A stretch of DNA of 44,946 nt, taken from positions 1 to 44,946 of IMG/VR virus record IMGVR_UViG_3300037126_000087, one strand, 5' to 3'. The notes beneath the pieces are model-generated. The model made no database searches. It worked only from the letters and a program-made list of their open reading frames with translations, and was not told where the DNA came from. Numbering within the stretch: the first letter of the stretch is position 1; each line of letters begins with the position of its first letter. The stretch is from a virus. Lineage: Duplodnaviria > Caudoviricetes. A program made the position numbers and the translations under genes. Below, piece by piece: positions 1 through 7,102 of the stretch.

Positions 1-127
1 ATCGCACGCTGGATGTTCGTGACTGTCCCGTCGACATCCAACCCGAAGCCATCTTCCGAGCAGACAAGCTCCTCTAGAGTCTTGAACCCAAAGAACGAGC
101 CGGCGCGATCCCTGGCTGCTTCGAGGA
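1..127. repeat. Terminal direct repeat (127 bp), copy 1; circular-assembly overlap
   Basis: Identical to 44820-44946; lies inside the terL reading frame; 127 is a common assembler k-mer size. Confidence 0.95.
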
Positions 128-191
128 ACAGCTGCTCATCTTCTGGGTCCAGGACCTGGACGAATTCCTGTATGTCAAAGTCCGGCTTCAT
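1..191 (-). CDS. terL: Terminase large subunit, 5' part (continues across the origin to 43280; 576 aa total)
   Basis: ATG at 191 with AGGA upstream; MKPDFDIQEFVQVLDPEDEQLFLEAARDRAGSFFGFKTLEELVCSEDGFGLDVDGTVTNIQRA is in frame with ORF 43280..44860. Confidence 0.88.
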   Translation of the reverse strand, partial: MKPDFDIQEFVQVLDPEDEQLFLEAARDRAGSFFGFKTLEELVCSEDGFGLDVDGTVTNIQRA

Positions 192-357
192 TACATTCCT
201 GCTTGGGGTGGTCATAAGCGTAGACATCGCGCCACTTACCACAGTGGAGTAGGTAGCGACGGATGGTGTCTATTTCTCTATTGTATGATCCTGGCACTGC
301 TTGCGTGGACATCAGCTCGTGCCATCGTCTGAGAGCCATTGGGAGAGTGAGTTTCAC
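175..357 (-). CDS. Hypothetical protein (60 aa)
   Basis: Start overlaps stop of the upstream gene (ATGA coupling); fills the gap before terL. Confidence 0.55.
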   Translation of the reverse strand: MKLTLPMALRRWHELMSTQAVPGSYNREIDTIRRYLLHCGKWRDVYAYDHPKQECNEAGL

Positions 358-716
358 CGCTTCTTACCCATCGATGCGCGCACGTCCATCGACAGACGAT
401 CCAGCCTTTCCGTTACTGGGCCAAAATCAACAGGGGCGGCATTCTCCATTGCAGCAAGCTGCGCGAGGGTCACGCCGTCTGCGTACCTGAAGTTCTGAAC
501 GCGACTGGCCGGCACGAATACGATGAGTGGATTCATGCCATCCTCTTTCGGCACCGAGGCCGCGATCACGTTGCCCTCTTCGGTGGCGTAGAACACTTGC
601 TTGTCTGGGTTGGACTCGTTGCGACGCATGCCGAACGTGACTGACTGTCGAGTATCCTGATCTGCCTCGTGGCAGGTGTCCGCAAACGTGACCGACTTCA
701 ACGGAAAGAGTTTCAT
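354..716 (-). CDS. Hypothetical protein (120 aa)
   Basis: AAGGAG SD; within packaging operon. Confidence 0.75.
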   Translation of the reverse strand: MKLFPLKSVTFADTCHEADQDTRQSVTFGMRRNESNPDKQVFYATEEGNVIAASVPKEDGMNPLIVFVPASRVQNFRYADGVTLAQLAAMENAAPVDFGPVTERLDRLSMDVRASMGKKR

Positions 717-728
717 CGATTCTTCTCC

Positions 729-953
729 TTAATCGTTTTTGGTGCTGCGTTCTGGTAGGGCATGATAGTACCTCCCCCACTGCCTACGTTCTACTTCTAC
801 CCAGCCCTTGGCTACTAATCTATTCAATATCCTAACCGCAGGGCGCGCTTTGTATTTGGGGTTCCCTCCCCACATTTCCGAGCCCAGGTACCCAGCGCGT
901 GCCCATCCAGTACGCCTCAGAACATTCAGCATCTGGCACTCTGCTCCTGTCAT
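729..953 (-). CDS. Small basic protein, possible winged-helix DNA-binding protein (74 aa)
   Basis: GGAG SD before ATG 953; AVRILNRLVAKGWVEVERRQWGRYY resembles a wHTH recognition helix plus wing. Confidence 0.6.
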   Translation of the reverse strand: MTGAECQMLNVLRRTGWARAGYLGSEMWGGNPKYKARPAVRILNRLVAKGWVEVERRQWGRYYHALPERSTKND

Positions 954-969
954 AGATTGCTCTCCGAGT

Positions 970-1557
970 TTAGGGAAATCCCACATAGATGAATTGTTCT
1001 GGGTCGGGCTCCTCTGACCATGTCCAGTGTGACACGCACACTGGTCTCTTGTCCAGGCCGAGTGCTCGCAAGAGGGCCTCACCGATGCCTTGACGGCGCA
1101 GCGCGCGCTTGACGTAGACGAAGTGCAGCACTCCCCCACCCGCCGGCCCCTGTGCCACTGCCCAGCCAAAAACGCGCCCCGGCTCTCTCTGTGAGCACGC
1201 GACCAAACACTTTCCCGCCCCACCCAGGAGCTCTTTGATCCGCTCCTCGGCCGCACGAGCGTACCCCGCCCGCAACCTACTGAAGCGCTGTGCATTCTGA
1301 ATCCAGCTATGCAAAATCAGGTTCCGGTCCCCCGGGACATAGGAGCGCACACTAAACGGCAACCCGTCGCTACCTAGTATATTGGATATAATACTAGGAT
1401 CGCATCCCTCCTGGGAACTTGGATTCGGGGGACCCAGATCGGATACCCTAGGGGGTGTCCGCGGCCCATGGGGGGGTCTGTCATTGTGTGGTGTTGACTT
1501 CATGCCACGCGCCGGCGCTGCTCTGGGGATGATCACTATCAGCTTGTCCTGGCTCAC
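970..1557 (-). CDS. GNAT-family acetyltransferase
   Basis: LHFVYVKRALRRQGIGEALL matches acetyl-CoA binding motif A; start uncertain because the first ~60 aa are Pro-rich. Confidence 0.8.
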   Translation of the reverse strand: MSQDKLIVIIPRAAPARGMKSTPHNDRPPHGPRTPPRVSDLGPPNPSSQEGCDPSIISNILGSDGLPFSVRSYVPGDRNLILHSWIQNAQRFSRLRAGYARAAEERIKELLGGAGKCLVACSQREPGRVFGWAVAQGPAGGGVLHFVYVKRALRRQGIGEALLRALGLDKRPVCVSHWTWSEEPDPEQFIYVGFP

Positions 1558-1964
1558 TTCTTACCCCTCTTCCTAGGCGGAGATCGACGTGACTTCGCGA
1601 GCCTGCCCTCGACGATCTGCGGCGTGCTCGCCGGCGCCAGCTCCCGCTTTTGGATGATCGCGCTGGCGATCTGCTGCAGCGTCTCGCTATCTACTGACTG
1701 TACTATGTTGACTATCTGCGGCGCCTTCCCATACCCGCGGTCGAGCAAGATCTCGATGGCCCTCAGCCGGTCACGATCTTCACCATTGACCGCTATATCC
1801 AATAGAACGGGCAGCAACGCCGAAATATACTGACGACACTGAGCCACTAGGGAGATGCCCGCGAGTTTCCGCACTCGCCGCGCTGCCTCGCCGCCAGCTT
1901 GTTGAGCTAATAGGTCAAGCTTCTCGGCGATCTGCGACGGGGGCGGCTTTTTCGATCTGGGCAT
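1554..1964 (-). CDS. terS: Terminase small subunit (putative)
   Basis: DRLRAIEILLDRGYGKAPQ motif typical of TerS-like proteins; first gene of the late operon, upstream of terL. Confidence 0.7.
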   Translation of the reverse strand: MPRSKKPPPSQIAEKLDLLAQQAGGEAARRVRKLAGISLVAQCRQYISALLPVLLDIAVNGEDRDRLRAIEILLDRGYGKAPQIVNIVQSVDSETLQQIASAIIQKRELAPASTPQIVEGRLAKSRRSPPRKRGKK

Positions 1965-1970
1965 ACACTG

Positions 1971-1999
1971 ATTGTATCCTCGTAGATCGACAGCGGCAA
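1971..1999 (-). promoter_or_regulatory. Sigma70-like promoter TTGCCG-N17-TACAAT, predicted leaderless start at the terS ATG
   Basis: -35 at 1999-1994, -10 at 1976-1971, 6 nt to the ATG at 1964; no SD. Confidence 0.65.
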
Positions 2000-2136
2000 G
2001 GCTGCTAAGCGCTGGCGATCGTTAACGAATTAAGGTGCGCACCTGGCCCTAATACTTTCGGGGGCCTATGGCCAATGACGCACTGCATTTTCATTTGAAG
2101 GGTCTGATCTGCTGGGATTCGTCAATGATTATGTGA

Positions 2137-2194
2137 CCTTATGTGGGATGGGGGCGACCTTACCACGTCGCCTCAATCCCATCCTAACATAAGG
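2137..2194. other. Long interrupted inverted repeat
   Basis: CCTTATGT/ACATAAGG, GGATGGG/CCCATCC and GGCGAC/GTCGCC nested stems with an 8-nt loop. Confidence 0.75.
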
Positions 2195-2300
2195 CGGCGC
2201 TATGGTAAAGGACTCTTTTATGTAGAGATATCGGGTAGATGAGTCGTATTTCGAAATAACCGGTCTCTCGACGGTGCAGAGATCTCGGTGCGGGCCTCCG

Positions 2301-2313
2301 TAAGTCCTTGATT
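2301..2313 (-). promoter_or_regulatory. IHF consensus site
   Basis: Minus strand AATCAAGGACTTA = WATCAA-N4-TTR, next to an AT-rich stretch. Confidence 0.5.
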
Positions 2314-2470
2314 TGTATAGCTATGAAAAAAGTTGCGAACCTGGGTCATTGACACCCATGTGGCGCGTGGCCCACGACTGTGGACTGCAGTCTGCGGGGT
2401 GTGCTCCGCAGATCTGGATGTTGCTGCACTGCGCCACCAATGATTGTGGGCAGTTACGTTTGGTGGCTGA

Positions 2471-2487
2471 TTGGCAAGCTGCTTGCA
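2471..2487 (+). promoter_or_regulatory. Sigma54 (RpoN) -24/-12 promoter
   Basis: TTGGCAAGCTGCTTGCA: GG-N10-GC, one mismatch to TGGCACG-N4-TTGCW; intergenic, upstream of early genes. Confidence 0.65.
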
Positions 2488-2497
2488 GTCATAATCG

Positions 2498-2610
2498 GCG
2501 ATGCGACACAGCCAACAGGTAAAGCCCAGACAGGGATGCCAACAGGCCGTGCTGCTAGTCCCCGCCCGGCGAGGTCAGTCCCCCATCAGCCGGGCGGGGA
2601 CTTCTTCTTT
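2498..2610 (+). ncRNA. Candidate structured sRNA or 5' leader
   Basis: Lies between the predicted sigma54 start and a terminator-like hairpin; three mini-hairpins with ACA loops. Confidence 0.35.
2557..2610 (+). terminator. Intrinsic terminator-like hairpin or processing site
   Basis: Perfect 14-bp stem AGTCCCCGCCCGGC/GCCGGGCGGGGACT, 18-nt loop, followed by TCTTCTTT. Confidence 0.6.
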
Positions 2611-2636
2611 CATCAAACAGATAGGAGCCTAAGACG

Positions 2637-2912
2637 ATGAAGACGGTAGAACTCGGCACGCACAACGCCCGCTGGGGTAAGTTGCTAGCAGAGCTGCAGG
2701 TACCCAATCTTGGCGATCTCGTGGTCAGGGCAGTCAAGCACTATCACGACTCAGAAGATGCCGATCTCGAACCGACGGATGGACCAATCGCCCTGCTGGT
2801 GACAGGTGCAGTGCTCTACTGGAGCGATTCGCGCCGTGTGTATATCCTCAGCGGGTACGCACACGACGGTCGCGATGTTGACCCGTACCTCTGTGAAGAT
2901 GCTGACCTGTAG
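2637..2912 (+). CDS. Early hypothetical protein (91 aa, acidic)
   Basis: AGGAG SD; first gene of the + arm. Confidence 0.75.
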   Translation: MKTVELGTHNARWGKLLAELQVPNLGDLVVRAVKHYHDSEDADLEPTDGPIALLVTGAVLYWSDSRRVYILSGYAHDGRDVDPYLCEDADL

Positions 2913-2928
2913 ACAAGGGCTTAGGACG

Positions 2929-3153
2929 ATGAACCACTTCTACCATATCTGGCTGTATCAAAACGGGACGCTGATGATCGCCGGACACCAAAAGTTCTCC
3001 AACAACGGGTCTCCAGCATGGTGGCTTCCTCTCTCGTTGCAAACAGCCCGAGACTACGCCAGTGGCTACGCCAAGACAGCCAAGCAGCTCGGGATCAAGG
3101 TCACAGTGCAAATAAGAACGGCGGACACCGATTCGTTCGTGGAGGCCTACTAG
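2929..3153 (+). CDS. Early hypothetical protein (74 aa)
   Basis: AGGA SD before ATG 2929 (MNHFYHIW). Confidence 0.7.
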   Translation: MNHFYHIWLYQNGTLMIAGHQKFSNNGSPAWWLPLSLQTARDYASGYAKTAKQLGIKVTVQIRTADTDSFVEAY

Positions 3154-3183
3154 GCAGTATCACCACTGAGAGGAGAGCAGGAG

Positions 3184-3399
3184 ATGAAAACCAGCGATCG
3201 AGTAGTAGTCGAGACGATCCCCAAGCACCTCCGAGCCAGCCACACAGCCGCTGGCAACAGTGGTACCTGGCCTCACAACGGCGCGTTGCGTGTTGTAATG
3301 AACAGAGCCGATGCCGAGGAGCTCGTAGAGCACGATCCTCAGTGGTCGGTGATTCTCGAAGGTGAGGATCCCGCGGACTACACCGACGACGAGCAATAG
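3184..3399 (+). CDS. Early hypothetical protein (71 aa)
   Basis: GAGGAG SD; acidic C-terminus. Confidence 0.75.
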   Translation: MKTSDRVVVETIPKHLRASHTAAGNSGTWPHNGALRVVMNRADAEELVEHDPQWSVILEGEDPADYTDDEQ

Positions 3400-3474
3400 C
3401 TCTAAGTCTGCCACGCCCTCCCGCCGCCGGGGGCCGGAGGGTATGGCAGCGCTATCGCTGCAGAGGAGATCGAT

Positions 3475-3627
3475 ATGAAGCTGACTCGCAAGCACATCAA
3501 ACACAAGACCTGGGGACTCTTCGACAAGGACGGTCGTCGCTTTGTTATGGACTCAGCGATCATTCGCGAGCATCCATTCCACGGCACGATCCACCTCGGG
3601 GAGCCACGCTTCTACGACGGGAAGTAG
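3475..3627 (+). CDS. Early hypothetical protein (50 aa, not in ORF track)
   Basis: GAGGAG SD; MKLTRKHIKHKTWGLFDKDGRRFVMDSAIIREHPFHGTIHLGEPRFYDGK. Confidence 0.65.
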   Translation: MKLTRKHIKHKTWGLFDKDGRRFVMDSAIIREHPFHGTIHLGEPRFYDGK

Positions 3628-3687
3628 TGTCTGCCGTGCCCCTTCGGGGGCATTACAGACATTATCGCTCGAAAGGAGGCAGAGACC

Positions 3688-3978
3688 ATGAACAAGACAT
3701 TTGAACCAGGATGTTACGGAGACGGTGAGCTTGGACATCAGCACACGCGCGATCGATGTGCTGATCTGCTCAAGTCTATCATCACGGAAAACACCAAACA
3801 CGTCGGGGAAGCGCTCGAGCTTATCGCTGCCCTCCGCGCCGACGTGTCCGATGATGGCTGGGAAGAGTATGTCGCCTGCGACATGCTCAACGACCTCACT
3901 GAGGGCAGACGGCCAGACGATTGCTATTGGGGTTGGGACGATGGTGACTTTGGCCTCTGGGCCGCTGAGGAGGACTGA
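3688..3978 (+). CDS. Early acidic hypothetical protein (96 aa)
   Basis: AAGGAGG SD; ends YWGWDDGDFGLWAAEED. Confidence 0.8.
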   Translation: MNKTFEPGCYGDGELGHQHTRDRCADLLKSIITENTKHVGEALELIAALRADVSDDGWEEYVACDMLNDLTEGRRPDDCYWGWDDGDFGLWAAEED

Positions 3979-3979
3979 C

Positions 3980-4372
3980 ATGGAGTTAGATGTCACAACA
4001 TACGTGGAGGAAGTCGACTGCAGTCTATTTGCGGCATCACAGGCAGAGCTCGGGGAGCGCGCTGGGCAGATCACCTGGAATCATGCCATGATGTACGTCC
4101 GGGAGGATCCCCTGGTCTCGTCCGAGGAAGATCTGCGAGAGGTCCGAGACTACTTCGTCTCTACCGGTGGCTGGACTCGGGATGAGGCAGACGAGATGAG
4201 TGATCAAGAGGTCAATGCCCTGCTACTGCAGTTCGTGGCATCGGCAGTCAGGCAGTACGAGGACCACTTCGACAGTTACGAGGAATACGAAAAGGCCGCT
4301 CGTGAAGGACAAGTCGCGGGCGATCTCTGGCGCAACGACGATGGCACTTGGACCTATCACGTTGGAGTCTAG
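3980..4372 (+). CDS. Early, very acidic hypothetical protein (130 aa)
   Basis: GAGGAGG SD before ATG 3980; D/E rich. Confidence 0.8.
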   Translation: MELDVTTYVEEVDCSLFAASQAELGERAGQITWNHAMMYVREDPLVSSEEDLREVRDYFVSTGGWTRDEADEMSDQEVNALLLQFVASAVRQYEDHFDSYEEYEKAAREGQVAGDLWRNDDGTWTYHVGV

Positions 4373-4452
4373 GACATGATCTCCAAGCTCATCATTTTAG
4401 TAATCATGCTCGCACTCTACAGGGCCGGGCGCCAACTTTCGGGAGAGGATCA

Positions 4453-4710
4453 ATGAGAGGGTACATATTTCAGCATCTATGTGCACCAAACGATCGGAAT
4501 GGCAATCCGCGCCGCTTGTGGGTGCTCTATAGTAAGGGTACCGGAGACGTTTTTGAAGTAATCAATGAGGGATATGGAGGGAGGCCGACAGTCTGCGACG
4601 CCAGACGTGTGAAGACCGCGACGGAAGTTGCTCAAATCCAAATCAGTGCGAGGGAGTATAACAAGTGGTGCCGTGAGGCAAAGCGGCGAGAGATTTACCA
4701 TACGCAATAG
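4453..4710 (+). CDS. Early hypothetical protein (85 aa)
   Basis: GGAG/GAGG SD; DRNGNPRRLWVLY motif. Confidence 0.75.
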   Translation: MRGYIFQHLCAPNDRNGNPRRLWVLYSKGTGDVFEVINEGYGGRPTVCDARRVKTATEVAQIQISAREYNKWCREAKRREIYHTQ

Positions 4711-4760
4711 AGAGCGCAGGGTCAGCCCAGTACTATCATCAAAAAAGGAAGGGATTAGAA

Positions 4761-4946
4761 ATGTCATTCACTTGTCAACATTGTCATCGCATAGTGGTCG
4801 ACGATCGCCGAAAGGCTAGGAAGGGCAGACCGGCCGTTGTCCAGCTCAGTCCGAGGCAGAACCGTGTAGTGGTGAAACGTCACAGCGACGGCCAGATCGC
4901 CAGGGAAGAGGACTGGTGCAATCAGTGCGTCAAAGGAGGAGAGTGA
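4761..4946 (+). CDS. Small zinc-ribbon protein (61 aa)
   Basis: CQHC...CNQC; AAGGAAGG SD. Confidence 0.7.
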   Translation: MSFTCQHCHRIVVDDRRKARKGRPAVVQLSPRQNRVVVKRHSDGQIAREEDWCNQCVKGGE

Positions 4947-5188
4947 TGTACAAAGGCCTGAAGGAATTTAACGATTTCACCATGGAAGAAAGCATTGCTT
5001 TTGCTAATGGTGAGGTCACAAAGGAGTGGCTCGAAGCGACGTTGGCTAAAGCACTGCAGGAGGCCAGATCAGACCCTATGGAGTTTGTTTTTGGAGCTCT
5101 CTGCAGCCAGGTAGGGTTCACACGCAGGGATACGACGCACATGATCGACTTGGTCGATAAGTGGAAAGAGGAAAAGGGAGGCTGGTGA
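4946..5188 (+). CDS. Hypothetical protein (80 aa)
   Basis: AAGGAGG SD; TGATG coupling. Confidence 0.75.
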   Translation: MYKGLKEFNDFTMEESIAFANGEVTKEWLEATLAKALQEARSDPMEFVFGALCSQVGFTRRDTTHMIDLVDKWKEEKGGW

Positions 5189-5319
5189 TGCCCAGTGAGT
5201 CCTGCGACGTTTGCCTGGAGAGTTTCCCCAAGGACGATATCGTCCATTGTGATTGTGGCCAAAACGTTTGCGTGTTCTGTTGGGACGAGCATGCAAAGGA
5301 TTGCAAAGAGCAAGAGTGA
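5188..5319 (+). CDS. Mini zinc-finger protein (43 aa, not in ORF track); paralog of 8209..8391
   Basis: GGGAGG SD, TGATG coupling; MPSESCDVCLESFPKDDIVHCDCGQNVCVFCWDEHAKDCKEQE. Confidence 0.75.
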   Translation: MPSESCDVCLESFPKDDIVHCDCGQNVCVFCWDEHAKDCKEQE

Positions 5320-5400
5320 TGTTGATCTGTGGAAGCACGATAATCTTCGCGTGGTGCTTTTTGATGAGTATCTACATCGAACTGTGAAAGGGGTCCTAAA

Positions 5401-5658
5401 ATGGTATGCACATCGAACGAGCAACGGGCCAGGTGGCCCGGAGGGGGCTTAGAAGCTATGAAGGCGTTACTAGGCACAGGCTATCGGTCGAATAAGTACC
5501 GGACCTGGGAAGCCCCGGAGGGTCATACACCAACCCCACGAGAGCTGGATGCGATCGGGTACCTAATGCACGAGTGGAACTGGGGCACACTGGTGAATGG
5601 AACACCGGAACAGTTGGATGTGATCTGGGATAGTTACTGGAAGGAACCCGGGAAATGA
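5401..5658 (+). CDS. Hypothetical protein (start may be 5458)
   Basis: ORF coupled to the next gene; GGAGG upstream of ATG 5458. Confidence 0.6.
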   Translation: MVCTSNEQRARWPGGGLEAMKALLGTGYRSNKYRTWEAPEGHTPTPRELDAIGYLMHEWNWGTLVNGTPEQLDVIWDSYWKEPGK

Positions 5659-5954
5659 AGCCACGTCAACAAGCAATCCTGCACACGGTCGCACGATGGG
5701 CCCATGTTTATGTGAGCAGGGCTCCCTACGACATTTGTCGCCTGTGTGAGGTTGCAAGTCCTTCCTGCGAGAGCTGCCCATATGTCGAAGTCTTCGGAGT
5801 GGTGTGCACTGACCACTTCCCGGAGCTGTACAGCCCAGCGCTTGCTGCAGCATCCAAGAGAAAAGAGAAGCTGAGGCGTGCCTGCGAGCTAGCGGCCCAG
5901 TACGGCCTCAAGCGTCAAGCGGCCCTAGTCGTCGGGCGGATCTTACGTGGATAA
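5655..5954 (+). CDS. Cys-rich hypothetical protein (99 aa)
   Basis: CRLC...CESCP...C cluster; ATGA coupling. Confidence 0.7.
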   Translation: MKPRQQAILHTVARWAHVYVSRAPYDICRLCEVASPSCESCPYVEVFGVVCTDHFPELYSPALAAASKRKEKLRRACELAAQYGLKRQAALVVGRILRG

Positions 5955-6150
5955 GTCGCCTTCGTACGAGCTGCACGAAGATGCCGTACCAGACAGGCGG
6001 GTGGAGATTTTCGCTAAGCTACGGCGCGCGCGACGGGCAACTCAGGAGGCCATCCATCGGACTTCGAGCACGGATGAGAAGCTAGCTGCTGTGAAAGCGT
6101 CGAGGGAGAAGTTGATTGCGCTTGGGTGGCTGAAGGAAGAGGAGAGTTGA
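5947..6150 (+). CDS. Hypothetical protein (67 aa)
   Basis: Fits the tightly packed + strand gene series. Confidence 0.6.
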   Translation: MDKSPSYELHEDAVPDRRVEIFAKLRRARRATQEAIHRTSSTDEKLAAVKASREKLIALGWLKEEES

Positions 6151-6291
6151 GATGGGGGATTACCACTTTTTCGGGATGCGTTGGTGGTCTTGGTGTACCA
6201 GGGGCCGATACATCCCAATTCCTTTCATATGCGACTATGGGCAATGGCCGGCAAAGCGACGGCGGTTGCCGAGAAAGATCGGAGAAAGAAG

Positions 6292-6564
6292 ATGACCAGA
6301 GAGACTCAAATGATGAAGGCAATAACTGCCACGCTGGCAATTTTGGTAGGCGCCACCTGGAAGTCTGGTGGACTCCGGAAGGTGGTGGAGCACGTTGCCC
6401 AGGAGCATAACCTCCCGGCGGATGACATCGAAACTGGAGTTCTAGTGTTTGTCCGGGAATGTGAGGTGGCAGCACAGGAAGATGTGGCACGGGAAGAAGC
6501 GGCGAGCGCAAAGGTAAAGGCTGGCTCGGAGATGACCAGAGACGCTAAGAGGGGAGAGAATTGA
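6292..6564 (+). CDS. Hypothetical protein (90 aa)
   Basis: GGAG SD before ATG 6292 (MTRETQ). Confidence 0.65.
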   Translation: MTRETQMMKAITATLAILVGATWKSGGLRKVVEHVAQEHNLPADDIETGVLVFVRECEVAAQEDVAREEAASAKVKAGSEMTRDAKRGEN

Positions 6565-6758
6565 TGACCAAGGGACAGAAGATCGAAGCCCTCGAAGTGC
6601 TAAAGGAGATGATCGACGTAGACATCAGATTCGGGAGAGCATCGTGGCTTCTCTCACGGCACGGGGTAACCGGAGCCGTTGAACAGAAAGACATGGAGGA
6701 CTGGCTGACCTGGAAGGTCCAGGACCTGATCGAGCAGGAGATGACCAGCGATGACTGA
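6561..6758 (+). CDS. Hypothetical protein (about 64 aa)
   Basis: GAGGGGAG SD; coupled to neighbours. Confidence 0.7.
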   Translation: MMTKGQKIEALEVLKEMIDVDIRFGRASWLLSRHGVTGAVEQKDMEDWLTWKVQDLIEQEMTSDD

Positions 6759-6861
6759 TTTCCTCTTGGGCATTGCGGTTGGATGGATCACTGCAGGAGG
6801 GGCAGTCGTATTCTCATGGTGGGCGTTCGAGATGAGAAAGAGAGGAGACGGCGATGAGTAA
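6751..6861 (+). CDS. Small membrane protein (36 aa, not in ORF track)
   Basis: MTDFLLGIAVGWITAGGAVVFSWWAFEMRKRGDGDE; single hydrophobic helix; overlaps both neighbours by 8 nt. Confidence 0.55.
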   Translation: MTDFLLGIAVGWITAGGAVVFSWWAFEMRKRGDGDE

Positions 6862-7102
6862 ACACACACCAGGAAGCTGGCGGTACGACTCATATGGGGG
6901 TTTTGTAATAGGATCCCATGAACATGAAATAGTTGCCGACGTGTATGGGAAAAACTCAGTGGAGCGAAAAGCCAACGTCTGCCTAATCATGACAGCTCCA
7001 GACATGTTAGGCTTGTTACAGCGTCTAGTGGACGGAGATAGTCCATTGAATATAGCAGCGGAAGCGGAGGCACTTCTGGAAAAACTGGAGGGCGGGGAAT
7101 GA
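6854..7102 (+). CDS. Conserved phage protein of the HTPGPW...ANARLIAAAP type
   Basis: MSKHTPGSW ... ANVCLIMTAPDML; GAGGAG SD. Confidence 0.8.
   Translation: MSKHTPGSWRYDSYGGFVIGSHEHEIVADVYGKNSVERKANVCLIMTAPDMLGLLQRLVDGDSPLNIAAEAEALLEKLEGGE

Noticed and set aside
2349-2380. Perfect TTGACA as an early sigma70 promoter
   Set aside because: No acceptable -10 hexamer at 16-18 bp spacing
2313-2640. ORFs 2313..2522 and 2380..2640 in the control region
   Set aside because: Non-ATG starts, no SD, and overlap with promoter and hairpin elements
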